Assembly (NCBI RefSeq): GCF_963921235.1
Contig: NC_086109.1
Span: 35,280,001-35,344,000 of the forward strand
From: Mobula hypostoma
Lineage: Eukaryota
Length of the DNA stretch: 64,000 bases
Reading direction: 5' to 3'
In this document: in pieces, positions 50,901-64,000 of the stretch
Layout of the letters: each line of letters begins with the position of its first letter
Numbering within the stretch: position 1 is the first letter of the stretch
The notes under the pieces: generated by a model
The model's database searches: none
What the model was told of the DNA's origin: nothing
The model's input: only the letters and a program-made list of their open reading frames with translations
Made by a program: the position numbers and the translations under genes

Positions 50901-52720
50901 GTGAAAGGTGAAATGTTTAAGGGGAACATGAGGGGAAACACCTTCACTCAGAGGGTTGTGAGAGTGTGGAATGAGCTGCCAGTTCAAGTGGTGTACTCAA
51001 TTTTGATTTCAATGTTTAAGAGAAGTTTGGATAGGTATGTGGATGGGAGGGGTATGGAGGACTATGGTCTGGGGACAGGTCGATGGGACTAGTGAGTTTA
51101 AATGGCTCAGCACAGACTGGAGGGGCTGGAGGGCCTGTAGTGTTCTATGAGTAAAGGAAATTATTGATCAGTTCGCCTGACTTCAGTGGTTGGGAAGATG
51201 TTGGAGATCATTATTAAAGGTGAGGTTTTGCAGTACTTGAATGACTATGAAAAAGTAGGCCAAAGTCAGTATGGTGTCTGGTATGGCGGGGCTACTGCAT
51301 AGGACTGAAAGAAGCTGCAGAAAGTTGTAAATCTAGTCAGCTCCATCTTGGGCACTAGCCTACAAAGTACCCAGGACATCTTTAGGGAGTGGTGTCTGAG
51401 AAAGGCAACATCCATTATTAAAGACCTCCAGCACTCAGTACATACCCTTTTCTCACTGCTACCATCAGGTAGGAGATACAGAAGCCTGAAGGCACCCACT
51501 CAGTGATTCAGGAACAGCTTCTTCCCCTCTGCCATCCGATTCCTAAATGGACATTGAAGCTTTGGTTTTTTTGAATATACCTGTACATTATTTCTGTTTT
51601 TGTACATTTTTTAATAATATATTCAATATATGTAATTTACTCGTTTATTTATTATGTTTTATTTTATTTATTATTATTTTTCTCTCACTGCTAGATTATG
51701 TATTGCATTGAACTGCTGCTGCTAAGTTAACAAATTTCTCGTCACATGCTGGTGATAATAAAACTGATTCTGATTCTGAGCGGAAATCTTACCTGGAAAA
51801 TCTGTTGGAATTCTTTGAGAAAATAACACATTGGATAGACAAAAGAGAGCCAATGGATGTTGTTTACTTGGATTTTCAGAAGGCCTTTGAGAAAGTGCTT
51901 CACATGAGACTGCTAACCATTAGGAGACCATGGTATTACAGAAAAGATACTATCAGGGAATGAAGATTGGCTGACTGTCAGGAGACAAAGAGTAGGAATA
52001 ATGGACGCTTTTCTTGTTGGCTGCGGATGACTAATGGTGTTACAGACAGTTCAGTGTTCTTTTCACATTATACTGTATGTCAGTGATTTGGATGATGTAA
52101 TTGATGGCTTTGTGGTTAAGTTTGCAAATGCTATAAAGTTAGGTGGAGAGGCAGGTAGTGTTCATGAAGCAGGGAGTCTACAGAAGATTGGGCTTAGACA
52201 GATTGGGGGAATGGGTAAAGAAGTGACAGGTGGAATATAATGTAGGAAAGTGTATGGTCATGCACTTTGGTAGAAGGAATATAAATGTAGGCTATTTTCT
52301 GAATGGGGTGAAAATCAGAGGTGCAAAAGGACTTGGGTGTTCTCGTGTAAGGTTCTATAAAGGTTAATTTGCAGGTTGAGTCAGTGGTAAGAAAGACAAG
52401 TACAGTGTTAGCTTTCATTTTTTTGAATGCTAACACAAAATAGTGGGACATTTAACTAGAACAGAGATGAGAAGGAATTTCTTTAGTGGAGGGTGGTGAA
52501 TCTGTGGAATTCATTGTCACAGACGGCTGTGATGGCCAAATCATTGATTATATTTTTAAGTGGATGTGGATGGGTTCTTGATTAGTCGGGGCATCAAAAG
52601 TTACATGGAGAAGGCAGCAGAATGGGATTGAGAAGGATAATAAATCAGTCATGATGGAATGGCAGAGCAGACACAATTGCCAAATGGCCTAATTCTGCTC
52701 CTGTGTCTTATGGTCTTATT
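47960..52720 (+). mobile_element. Old CR1 broken by nested inserts (SINE-like 48725-49277, second CR1 about 49720-51150, Rex1 3' end about 51268-51778)
   Basis: TLNARS (APE start), MIFQESQDSEMVPEDWE, then continuation at 51151 and 51780 with YLDFQKAFEKV and KFANAIK; two separate CR1 tails and a (GATTCT)n tail. Confidence 0.78.
48725..49277 (-). mobile_element. About 550-bp non-coding retroposon with a short (CA)n tail, possibly RTE-related
   Basis: TSD CCAAT (48720-48724 and 49278-49282) cleanly interrupts the CR1 frame (ctagccaat|aatataaa). Confidence 0.65.
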
Positions 52721-54319
52721 AGCTGTAGTACATTGCTGGCACAGGATACTAAGATAATTGCAATTTTATTGTTAAAGATGGTGCCGGTAACTGGCAACTT
52801 TACGCGTGCTCTCCCGAGCAAACTGCCCCCTCCACTATCCTATACCCGAGAAACCCTTCTAAACCTCCAATTTAGAAAGATCAAGATCAACAACACCCTG
52901 ACGAAGCGACTGACCCAGCTGGAGACCACAGCGCCAGAACTGCTTCTTAACCACCGGACTGCACCTGGACCCGACGAGCGAGGCGCACCACATTCCCGGA
53001 GACCCGTGGTCTTCTACTGTGCCGGAGCGCTTGGAGACAAGGCCCATTCTGACCAGCACCTCTCCGGAGAAAACGACCAGACAGAAGTGACGGCGGAGAC
53101 CTCAAGGTGCCCCAGACGGTTCCACGGAGCAACGACCGTAAAGCCCCATTGGTGGCCATCCACAGTTATCGGAAGTGATGCCTCTGCAGCCGACCTCAGA
53201 AATCGAGCCCAAGGCTCGGCTGGAGCGGAGGTCTCCGCAATCGTGACTCAGCTTATGAACTTGTTTCAGCCAGGAGCCCAGCCCTCCGGGATTAAGTGTC
53301 GACTTCGGGACCCGACCCAATTGACAGCCCAGGCCCCCGGCAGCTGGAAGTGGCAGCGGAGCCTCGCCCATCACTCGGCCCGACCCGGAGCGCACGACGA
53401 GGCGACCGGCCGATCGATTCCCGCAGGACGTGTCCACCAACCTCAAAGAGCTGACAACAACACACTGCATCGATGGAAACCTGGAAAGATGCACTATTTA
53501 CTGAGGAAGCATGGGAAAAGAGCTGGGCTGCTGGTCAGATTGAAGCTGAAGGGTTCAGGTTCCCTATGCCCACCAACCTACTAGCTAATGTGCAAGCCAT
53601 CGAGAACAAGATGGATGATCTTAAAGGAAGACTCACCTACTGCAGGGAGATGCAGAACTGCTGTGTATTCTGTTTCACCGAGACCTGGCTGTCCCCTGCC
53701 ACCCCCGAATGTGCCATCAGACCGGAGGGATTTTCGATTCATCGGATGGACCGGCACGGCGTCTTCAGGCAAGGCGAGGGGAGGTGGTGTCTGCCTACTG
53801 ATCAACACTGGGTGGTGCTCGGACACAGTGGCACAGACAAGCTCCTGCAGCCCGGACCTGGAACACCTGTTGGTGAAGTGTCGTCCCTATTATCTGCCAT
53901 GGGAATTCACCTCGGTCATATTGACAGCGGTCTACATTCCCCCCCAGGTGGACGTGGAGGGTGCTCTGAACATACTGTATGCCAAAATCAGTGAACATGA
54001 GACGAGGTATCCGGAGGCTTTACGCATTACAGCCAGGGACTTTAACCAGCCCAACCTCAGAAAGGCACTGCAGAAGTTATACCAACATGTCTCCTGCCCT
54101 AATGGAGGCCCGGATATACTTGACCACTGCTACACAGCAGTCAAGGATGCCTACCGTTCCATCGCACTACCTCACCTCAGAAAATCGGACCATCAGGCCG
54201 TACTCCTCCTCCCGGCTTACAAACAAACTGAAGCGGGAGGTCACGGTGTCAAAAGTTGTGTCGCGTTGGATGGAGAAAATGGATGAAGTCCTCCATGACT
54301 GCATTGAATCGGTGGACTG

Positions 54320-55547
54320 TATTGTAGCATGGATGAAATTACCGGAGAGACAGAGTCACTGGTAGATACAAAGCAGCTTCTTTATTCAACACAACAAGGT
54401 ACAGCAGGCATCTCGAGACGCTTTCCGCAGAAAGGTCTGCTAGCTAAATGTGGGCTTGATATTTATATGCTAAACACAAACGCAATCGCTACTTAAAAGT
54501 TACAGACAATGCATAGACAATGCTTCCTTTTGAAGTTACATACAAACATCACACCTTCGGATTTCACCCTTTCCTTCTGACGCCAACATGTCTGCGTTGG
54601 TATCCACAGCCTTTAGTTCAATCCACTATACATTTATTTGACATTTTACATGCTAACATAGAAGACAATTAATATTTATAATGTATGGGTGATACTGCCT
54701 TCGAAACTACAGCATCAGGCACCAGAAGCATCTGGTATTTACACCTTTTAGGAAGCCCATTGTGGTGGACTCAATCCACAGTCCTTTGTCAAACAGTTAA
54801 AATAGAAGTCTGGTGGCCAAAGTCATTTAAGTGTAAACAAATCATCTACCCAAAAGAAATCAATAGACAATAGGTGCAGGAGTAGGCCATTCAGCCCTTC
54901 CAGCCAGCACTACCATTCACTGTGATCATGGCTGATCATCCACTATCAGTATCCGGTTCCTGCCTTATCTCCATAACCTTTGATTACACTATCTTTAAGA
55001 GCTCTATCCATCTCTTTTTTGAAAGCATCCAGAGACTTGGCCTCCACAGCCTTCTGGGGCAGAGCATTCCATATATCCACCACTCTCTGGGTGAAAAAGT
55101 TTTTCCTCAACTCTGTTCTAAATGGCCTACCCCTAATTCTTAAACTGTGGCCTTTGGTTCTGGACTCACCCATCAGCGGGAACATGCTTCCTGCCTGCAG
55201 CGTGTCCAATCCCTTAATAATCTTACATGTTTCAATAAGATCCCCTCTCAGCCTTCTAAATTCCAGAGTATACAAGCCCAGTCCCTCCAATCTTACGACA
55301 TATGACAGTCCCGCCATGCCGGGAATTAACCTTGCGACCTACGCTGCACTCCCTCAATAGCAAGAATGTCCTTCCTCAAATTTGGAGACCAAAACTGCAC
55401 ACAGTACTCCAGGTGTGGTCTCACCAGGGCCCTGTACAGCTGCAGAAGGACCTCTTTGCTCTTATACTCAATTCCCCTTGTTATGAAGGCCAGCATGCCA
55501 TTAGCTTTTTTCACTGCCTGCTGTACTTGCATACTTGTACTCTAACA
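54320..55547 (-). mobile_element. Putative solo LTR (T[A]TT...AACA) with a CR1 inserted near one end
   Basis: 5-bp TSD GACTG (54315-54319 and 55548-55552) restores ESVDWLVF in the Rex1 ORF; minus-strand AATAAA near 54381. Confidence 0.62.
54860..55535 (-). mobile_element. Young 5'-truncated CR1
   Basis: [43 protein letters not shown]; (CTATTGT)n tail. Confidence 0.93.
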
Positions 55548-58239
55548 GACTGGTTAGTATTCAAGGACTCGGCAACTAACCTTGATGAGTATGCCTCAGC
55601 TGTCATGGACTTTATTTGGAAATGCACGGAGGACTGTGTGTCTCGCAAGACGATCCAGGTATTCCCTAACTGGAAACCTTGGATGAATTATGAGGTCAAG
55701 TCCCTTTTAAAGGCTAGAGGTGTGGCTTTTAGGTCCGGGGATATCAGTCGCTACATGGAATCCAGGCGTGAACTCCGGAAAGCCATTAAGGGCGCCAAGA
55801 GGCAATATCGAGCCCAGTTGGAAGCCCAGGCTAACCTAAGGGATGCCAGTAGACTATGGCAGGGTCTAAATGAGATCACTGGGTGCAAAGAAAAGGCCAG
55901 AAATATCAATTACTGTGGCGCTTCTCTTCCTGATGAACTTAACGCATTCAATGCAAGATTTGAACAGAAGAGGAACGTCCCACTCCCTCCAGATGAACCG
56001 GACCTGGTGGCATCGAGATTCATCATCACCGAGGAGGACGTTAGAAGGACCTTCCTGAAGATAAATCCAAGGAAGGTGATGGGCCCAGATGGCGTCCCAG
56101 GACTGGTTCTCTGGACCTGTGCAAGTGAGCTAGCTGGAGTGTTTGCTGACATCTTCAACTGCTACTTGCTTCAGTCTAAGATCCCCTCGTGTTTTAAAAA
56201 GGCAACTATAATCCCAGTGCCAAAGAAGAGCAAGGTGGCATGCCTGAATGACTATCGACCTGTGGCTCTGACGTCAATTGCTATGAAGTCCTTCGAGAGA
56301 TTGGTTATGGCACACATCAACCACAGCCTACTGATCAACCTCAACACTTTGCAACTCGCCTACCGGAGCAACAGGTCAATGACAGATGCCATCTCTCTGG
56401 CCCTACATTCCTCCTTAGAACACCTGGAGAATAAAGGCGCATACGTAAGGCTCCTTTTCATTGACTACAGCTCTGCCTTTAATACCATCATTCCAAATAA
56501 ACTGATTCCTAAGCTCTGGAACCTGGGCCTCAGCACTCAGATCTGCAGCTGGATCTTCAACTTCCTCACAGACAGGACCCAGGCTGTAAGAATAGGGGAC
56601 AAGCTCTCCTCTACAATCACTCTGAGCACCGGTGCCCCACAAGGCTGTGTACTCAGCCCCCTGCTGTACTCACTGTACACCCATGATTGTGTAGCCAAGT
56701 TTCCATTAAACTCAATATATAAGTTTGCTGATGACACAACAATTGTAGGCTGTATCTCGGGTAATGATGAGCTTGAGTACAGAGAAGAAATTAAGAACCT
56801 GGTGGCATGGTGCGAAGACAATAACCTATCCCTCAACGTCAGCAAGATGAAGGAATTGGTTGTTGACTTCAGAAGGAGCAGCGGACCGCACGACCCAATT
56901 CGGTGGTGCGCAAGTGGAACAGGTCAAAAGCTTTACGTTCCTCGAGGTCAATATCACAAATGATCTGACTTGGTCCAACCAAGCAGAGTTCACTGCCAAG
57001 AAGGCCCACCAGCGCCTTTACTTCCTGAGAAAACTAAAGAAATTTGGCCTGTCCCCTAAAACCCTCGCTAATTTTTATAGATGCACTGTAGAAAGCATTC
57101 TTCCAGGGTGCATCACAACCTGGTATGGAAGTTGCCCTGTCCAAGACCGAAAGAAGCTGCAGAAGATTGTGAACATGGCGCAGCACCTCACACAAACCAA
57201 TCTTCCGTCCGTGGACTCACTTTACACTGGACGCAGTCGGAGCAGTACTGCCAGGATAATCAAGGACATGACCCACCCAGCAAACACACTTTTCATCCCT
57301 CTTCCCTCCAGGAGAAGGTTCAGGAGCTTGAAGACTCATACAGCCAGATTTGGGAACAGCTTCTTTCCAATAGTGATAAGACTGCTGAACGGATCCTGAC
57401 CCAGATCTAGGCCGTACCCTCCAAATATGCGGATCTGCCCCTCGGTTTTTTTGCACGACCTTACTTCCCATTTTTCTATTTTCTATTTATGATTTATAAT
57501 TTAAATTTTTAATATTTACTAATTTAACTATTTTAAATATTTGTAATATTTAATATTTGTAATCCAGGGAGTGTGAAGTGCAGAATCAAATATCACTGTG
57601 ATGATTGTATGTTGTAGTACCAATTGTTTGGCGACAATGAAGTATAAAGGATACTCCCTTTTCTTCCATTACAAATGGATTGGTCAAAGTCTTAGAGTAA
57701 AGGAAATTTGTTTTCTTCTCTCCAGTTTTTATTTGTCCCACAAAAGAAAATCCTATTTTTTAAAAGTGAAATGAAAGAAAAATAATAGAATCAACTTCAT
57801 TTTCATGGAAAGCACATATTTTGAAATAAAATTAGAAGACAGAAAATAATTAAAGGAAAGCAGTCTTTTACCACTTTAATACCAGTTTAAATTATCACTA
57901 CATTTTAAGTTTATTTACAAAAGGAGGTGATTCCCACTGGCTCATTATTATTATATGGCAAAGAATTTTAATATTGCAGCATTTGTATTTGTTTTGTAAT
58001 CTCAGTGCACAAGTTGAGATTGTTCTGCTTGAGGTGAATAGTATGTGCTTGGATCAGTAATTAGACTATGTACAACCAGTCCATGTGAAACCTGATATTA
58101 TCCACTCATAAATTGTTCTTCAGTAGCAGGATATTCAAATAAGGAGCCATTTGAGACCATCTTTCTACTTCTCACTGTCGGTTTCTTTTTTGTTCTTTAA
58201 ATGCCATTTACATAACATACTTCAATGCATCTCTTTATT

Positions 58240-59230
58240 CTGTAAATGTACAATCAGAAGTTGAGTTTATTGCCATCTGCACAAGTTCTTTTATGGACAA
58301 GTACAATGAAAGGCTTACACAGCATCAGAAACACAAAATTCAAAAGAAAAAGAGCTTAAAAGTAAAAATGATATGAAATTATACAAGACAGAAAATTAGA
58401 ACAGAAAAAATAATTGGAAAATGGTCAAAATGGTTATATTGATGCTATACCGAGGTGCTGATAGGTTCCAGAATCAAATGGTTAAAGGGAAGCAGCTCTA
58501 TTTGAACCTGTTAGTGTGGGACTTCATGCTTCCGTACCTCCTGCTCAATGTTGGCTTGAGAAAATGACATGAACCAAATGGTGGGGATCTCTGTTCATAG
58601 ATACACAGAATGCTGGAGAAACTAAGCAGGTCAGGCAGCATCTCTGGAAATGAATCACCAGTTGATGTTTCAGGCTGAGACCCTTCATCAAAGAAAATTA
58701 GTGGGAAAATGACAGAATAAAAAAGTAGGGGAGAGGAAGTGGAGGGAGATGTTGTCTTCTCGAGACAATGCTTCATGTTAATATTACCATTAGTAAGGAG
58801 GGATGCTTCAGTAATGTGCAAGGGCCAAGTCCAACTCTCTCTACAATTTCCTATGTTGCTATGCTTTTGAATTGCTGTACTGGACCATGATGTAACCAGT
58901 CAAATACTCCCAATTGTACATCTTTTGAGTTTTTGCTGAATCTCATACTTCCAAGTCATTGGTACACCATCCTTGTGATTGAATCTACGTGCTGTACCTA
59001 GGACGGGCCATCAATATGTTAAGACCCAGGAATTTTAAGCTGCTTGTCCTCTGTACTGCCAATCTGCCAATCTAACCTGGCACATGTTTACCCTTCTTCC
59101 CCATTCTGAAGGCAAAATTCAGTTCTCTAGTTTTACTGACACTGAGTAAAGGGTTTTTAATGTGGTGTCCTATCTTAGACCTATGCACTAATTCATCACT
59201 TCATGTGATTAGTCCAATAACAGTGGTGTT
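58240..59230 (-). mobile_element. Highly degenerate Rex1-like LINE with a PLE-terminus insert near 58600-58740
   Basis: Similarity to 29650-30250 (gaacctg..gtg.gggacttca; ccaggaattttaagctgct). Confidence 0.55.
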
Positions 59231-59364
59231 GTTGACAATTTTGTATATCTGAATCAGAATTGGGTTTAATATTACTGATAAATGTTGTGAACTGTGTTGT
59301 TTTGTAATACAGTGCAAGATATAACATTTATAACATTACAAAACAAGATAAAGATTAGCTTTAT

Positions 59365-59554
59365 ACATCAAAGTTGCTGGTGAACGCAGCAGGCCAAGCA
59401 GCATCTATAGGAAGAGGACTAGGGTCCTGACGAAGGGTCTCGGCCGGAAACGTCGACTGCACCTCTTCCTATAGATGCTGCTTGGCCTGCTGCGTTCACC
59501 AGCAACTTTGATGTACGTTGCTTGAATTTCCAGCATCTGCAGAATTCCTGTTGT
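59365..59554 (+). mobile_element. Young miniature PLE hairpin insertion with an intact hammerhead motif in the loop (59424-59458)
   Basis: 16-bp TSD TAAAGATTAGCTTTAT (59349-59364 and 59555-59570); perfect ~53-bp inverted arms; 40-nt tail. Confidence 0.92.
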
Positions 59555-60299
59555 TAAAGATTAGCTTTATTTGGCAGTGAAATATGTGGTTTGCATCAAA
59601 TCAAATTAAATCAGTGTGGATTGTACTGGAAGTGTCGCCACACTTCTGCTACTAATATACCATGTCCACAGCTTACTACATCACAATTGAGTTTCCGTGA
59701 TGATGAACAGTCAGCTGATTGATAAGTATATAAAGGCCAAGCATTTGGAGGACTCACCAGAAATTAGCAGTACACTTACGATGTTGCTTTGTATGGTAAT
59801 GAAACGTTTGCAATTGAACTGCAGAGGTCAGAGAACAACTCAACCCAACCATCAATGACCCGAGCTACACATTTTTGGAATTATTTCCAATAACCAGCTA
59901 ACCCTAAGCTGTTAAGTCTTTGGAATGTAGGAGAAAGCTGGACCACCCAGAGGAAACCCACAAGATCCTGGGAAGAATGTACAAAGCACTCACAGACAGC
60001 AATAAGAACCAAACCCCAATCAGAAATCGCTGGTGATGTAAAGCAGTTATGCTGGCCATTATGTTGCAATGCGGTTGCTAAATAAACAAGATTGTGCAAA
60101 GGATGGAATAATAGCATATTGGTTTATGGACCATACAGAAAACTGATGGTGGTGTGTAAGAAGCTGCTCTTAAAACATAGCGTCTGGGTCTCGAGGCTCC
60201 TGTATTTCCACCCCAATAATAGTATTGCGAAGAGAACATCTCCCAAATATGGCATACAGATATGCATGTGCCTTGCCACCTAGTCACATTGGTATAAGG

Positions 60300-60606
60300 A
60301 GTAGAACGGTCATAGTTTGAGGATAAGGGGGAAGCCTTTTAGGACTGAGATTAGGAAAAACTTCTTCACACAGATAGTGGTGAATCTGTGGAATTCTCTT
60401 CCAGAGGAAACAGTTGAGGCCAGTTCATTGGCTATATTTAAGAGGGAGTTAGATATGGCCCTTGTGGCTAGGGGGATCAGGGGTATGGAGGGAAGGCTGG
60501 TGCAGGGTTCTGAGTTGGATGATCAGCCATGATCATAATAAATAGCAGTGCAGGCTCGAAGGGCCAAATGGCCTACTCCTGCACCTATTTTCTATGTTTC
60601 TATGTT
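60300..60606 (+). mobile_element. CR1 3' end
   Basis: IRGKPFRTEIRKNFFTQIVVNLWNSLP; (TTTCTATG)n tail. Confidence 0.88.
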
Positions 60607-61639
60607 AACAAGCAGTCTTGAGGTGCACCTGTGTTGATGGTCAGTGAGAAGATGTTGTTACCAATCCTCACTGATTAAGGTCGGCTAGTGATGGAGTCAA
60701 GGATCCAGTTGCAGGTGAAGATACACAAATTTCATGCCAGTATGATCACAGCCTCTCCTCACAATTTCCTTAATTTATATCATTGAAGATTTGTTTCTGA
60801 GAAGATGTTCAAAAGATTGACAAGGAAGAACACGTTCAATAACTATTTTACAAGTTAGACTTTTCAAGGGTTATTGAAAATGGCATTTTATCTTTTAAGC
60901 GAGGAGAGCAGTTCGCTCTATTTTTTTCTGACATGATCTAAGATTGGTCTCAATTGTAGAATAATGCAATCATTCATATACATAGCAGAGGAGACTATTG
61001 ATAATTGCATTCAGGCCACCCGATATGAATCTCTTGCAACTAATTCCACTTCTCAGTTCTTGGTTAATGCCTGCACAATGCATCAGACCATTTCAAGCAA
61101 CAAGTTCCAGATCACCACAACAATTAAGTTATTTCTTCTTCTCTTCCCACCTATTACCTTTAGTCCTTGTCTTCCAGTTACAGACCTGTCTTAATCAATT
61201 AAATTTTCTCTTTGATTAATTGATTCCAAAAAAAATTCCAGCCTAACCAATTTAATTGTTCTGACTTCATGTGTTTTCCTGCCTAAATTTTGTGCCACAG
61301 AATACATTAGAAGTATAAATATCCATTTCTTCTATCGTACAGTGGGTTTATGTTGTATGTCATGAAATCGATAACTAATGCTTATTGTTCCGTTTCTTGT
61401 CAATGTCTGTATTAGATTTAGCTCAGTGGTTTAGCAGCTTATTCCAGAGAGTGCCTGCAGTGTACAGATCCAGAAGTGTCAGGATTACTTTTTGGTCTTT
61501 TGATTTGAAGTAATTTCAAAAGGGATGATCTTAAGGACACTCCAAGTGGTCTCTAATACTTCACGTGAGGAGATTGAATGAGATTAGGAGCAAATTACAC
61601 TGTGACATCCCTTGTTTAAAAGCTTTCTATCACCTTTTC

Positions 61640-62137
61640 TTAAGGCTGTTATACGACCTTAGTTCAACCCCACTTGGAGTACTGTGTTCAGTTCTGGTCA
61701 CCTCATTACAGGAAGGATGTGGATACTATGGAGAGAGTGCAGAGGAGATTTACAAAGATATGTGACAGAGGTTGAGAGGTAACTTAATAGAGATGTATAA
61801 GATCATGAGAGGCATTGATAGTGTGGCTAACCAGAGGCTATTTTCCCAGAGATGAAATAGATAACACGAGGGGGCATAGTTTTAACGTGTTTGGAAGTAG
61901 GTACAAGGTAGATGTCAGAAGTAAGTTTTTCACACTGAGAGTAGTGGGTGATTGAATTTACTACTGGCGATGGTGGTGGAGGTAGATACAATAAGGTTTT
62001 TAAGAGCCTCTTAGATAGGTACATGAAGCTTAGAAAAATAGAGGGCTATGTGATAGGGAAATTCTAGGCAGTTTCTGGTTGGCACAACATTATGGGCCAA
62101 AGGGCCTGTAATATGCTGTATGTTTCTATGTTTCTAT
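61640..62137 (+). mobile_element. CR1 3' end
   Basis: cacttggagtactgtgttcagttctggtcacc ([11 protein letters not shown]); (TTTCTATG)n tail. Confidence 0.85.
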
Positions 62138-62387
62138 TTAGGGGATGGAGGCTGATTGGCATGCTGGTAAAGTGTTTGGAATTATCCTTGCAAATGCTGG
62201 CAAGTTCAGGATTCCTACAAGGACTGTTCCTGCTGGCCAGTGTTCTGCAGTGAGTTTCCAATGTTCTCTTGCTGGAATCCAACAGCCAAGCACGAACATG
62301 CAAAATTCCCTGACACTTACATTGGGAGTGCACCCACTAAACCAGTGCAAGATTGGACCCAGTGCAGAATATGTTAGCCCACTCATT

Positions 62388-63520
62388 GATCGAGAGTCCC
62401 TCAGGTTATGTTATCTACCTAGTGCCCAGGTCTGCAGAAGAATTAAGAGTGGGAGGGGAAAGATCCAATTGTTCATGTGGACTTCAATGACGTAGAAAGG
62501 ACATGGAAAGAAGTTCTGCTGAGGGAGTTTGAGCAGTTAGGGATTAAATTAAAACACCAAACAAAAAATTTAATAATCTCTGGGTTATTAACTGAACTAC
62601 GTGCAAATTGGCACACGGTTAATAAGATCATAGAGTTAAATCCGTGGCTCAAAGGTTAGTGTGGGAATATTAGTCTTGAATCTCTGGGACATCAGCATTG
62701 GCAAAGGAAGGAGCTGACCAATAGGATGGGTTTACCTGAACCATGCAAGGACCAGGTACCTGGTGAAACACACAACTGGGTCTGTGGCTAGAGCTTTGAA
62801 CTAAATATTAGAGTAGTGGGTTTAACAGCTTCAAATGATATGGCTAAAGTAAAAGGAAAGGAGAGTGCAGGAGTTGTTACTGAAGTCCCCAGAATAAAGA
62901 ATAAGACATAGAAAGCAATTTAAAAAAAATAAATACAGATAACACAAAGGCAAAATTGAGAAGAAGTGTGGTGAATGTATATTTGAATGGATGCAGTATA
63001 TGAATTTAGCTAGATGATCTTGTAGCAGAGTTAGAAATAGACAGGTATGATGTTGTGGGCATCACTGAGTCATTGTTGAAAGAAGATCACAGCTGGAGCT
63101 TAACATCTAAGAGGACTAATTGTATCAGCAGTATAGGCAGAGGGGGAAGGGTGGCTTTGTTAGTGAAAAAATGAAATTAAATCCTTATAACAAGGTGGCA
63201 AAGAAGATACAGTCTCCTTGTGGGTAGTGTTAAGAAACCACAAGGGTAAAAAGAACATGATGGGAGTTATATATAGGTCTCAGAACAATAGCCGGGACAT
63301 GGGCTACAAATTACAGCAGGAGATAGAAAAGGCATGTAAAAGGTACAATATTACAATAGTCATGGTGGATTTCAATATGCAGGCATATTGGAAAAATCAG
63401 GTTGGTGCTGCATCCCAAGAGAAAGAATTTGTAGAATGCTGAAGTGGTTGCTTTTTAGAGCAGCTTGTGGTTGAACTCACTTAGGGAAAAATAAATTCCG
63501 GATTGGGTTTTGTGCAGTGA
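62388..63520 (+). mobile_element. Degenerate CR1 ORF1 (SGNH esterase-like) and APE start
   Basis: CYLPSAQV, VHVDFND, IISGLL, ELNPWLK; then YDVVGITES, MGVIYRS, MVDFN. Confidence 0.78.
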
Positions 63521-63529
63521 GTGAGGACT

Positions 63530-64000
63530 CCTTCGGTCAGGGTCAACCTGATTGTTGCAGCCCAGCAGTCTAGATTTGCAAGTTTGGGCAGCACAACATG
63601 AAGAGAATGCTGTTGCCCATGTAGCATGCTCTTCCTCTCTATGCATCTGAAGAACACAAAGAAATGGCAGAGAGCATTGAACACAACATAGGGCTGCCTT
63701 AGGGACTCCAGCTCTGGATTTTTCCCTCAGGGCTTACTCCCAAAGCCTTCTTCCTGACTGGGTAAAGCCGCAAGGCAGCAGATGTTTGAAATTGGAGTTT
63801 TCCTTCTCCTAGATGTGCAGCGAACCATGGCTGACGAGCCCCATCTGCCTGAAGCGACTGGTTGTGAGGTGCCAGTAAACTGTCTTTTCTCCTTCTCCTG
63901 TCAGTTGAAATGGTTGTGCTGGGCTTAGTAGCTAAGCCACACGTGAAGGCCAGGAACGGGAAATAGTTGTTAGAGGTTATTTGAGGTGCTTGCCATTGGG
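63530..64000 (-). mobile_element. Unclassified SINE/LINE-UTR-like repeat running off the window edge
   Basis: Abruptly interrupts the CR1; non-coding and GC-richer than its surroundings. Confidence 0.4.

Larger units (their letters stand above)
52773..57648 (+). mobile_element. Near full-length Rex1/Babar-like LINE (GC-rich 5' region, APE, RT) interrupted at 54320-55547
   Basis: LLANVQAIENK, FCFTETWL, GGGVC, AVYIPP, DFN, SDH, NDYRPVALTS, GAPQGCVLSP, KFADDT; 5' end AAGATGG. Confidence 0.93.

Noticed and set aside
55302..56963. 553-aa ORF as a novel fusion protein
   Set aside because: The first ~80 aa are antisense CR1 sequence fortuitously in frame with the Rex1 RT after nested insertion.
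62140..62388. Overlapping short ORFs between two CR1 pieces
   Set aside because: No recognisable domain; the downstream part is CR1 ORF1.
1..64000. CRISPR arrays, rRNA/tRNA genes, prokaryotic operons or retron-type RT systems
   Set aside because: No regularly spaced repeat-spacer array or structural RNA gene was seen. All RTs belong to eukaryotic Gypsy, PLE, CR1, Rex1 or RTE families; tRNA-like bits are a PBS and SINE heads.

Overview
Eukaryotic, repeat-saturated, apparently gene-poor DNA (intergenic or deep intronic). The mix of CR1 LINEs, V-domain SINEs, Rex1/Babar LINEs and Penelope-like elements (PLEs) suggests a cartilaginous fish, probably a ray or shark; this is inference. I could not support any host protein-coding gene, and every long ORF is a decayed transposable-element reading frame. 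Main contents: (1) a full-length Gmr1-type Gypsy LTR retrotransposon (710-11255; integrase before RT, tRNA-Pro PBS, PPT, CAGG TSD) inside an old PLE and carrying three younger insertions; (2) a 4.1-kb near-palindromic Neptune-like PLE insertion with a 14-bp TSD, a 36-nt unpaired tail, hammerhead-ribozyme motifs and a template-switch scar; (3) several miniature insertions with the same hairpin + tail + TSD layout; (4) a Sleeping Beauty-like Tc1 element with two right ends; (5) a Tigger/pogo element containing a HERO-like REL retrotransposon; (6) many nested CR1, Rex1 and RTE LINEs and SINEs. Boundaries with TSDs were read to the base; those of degenerate fragments are approximate.
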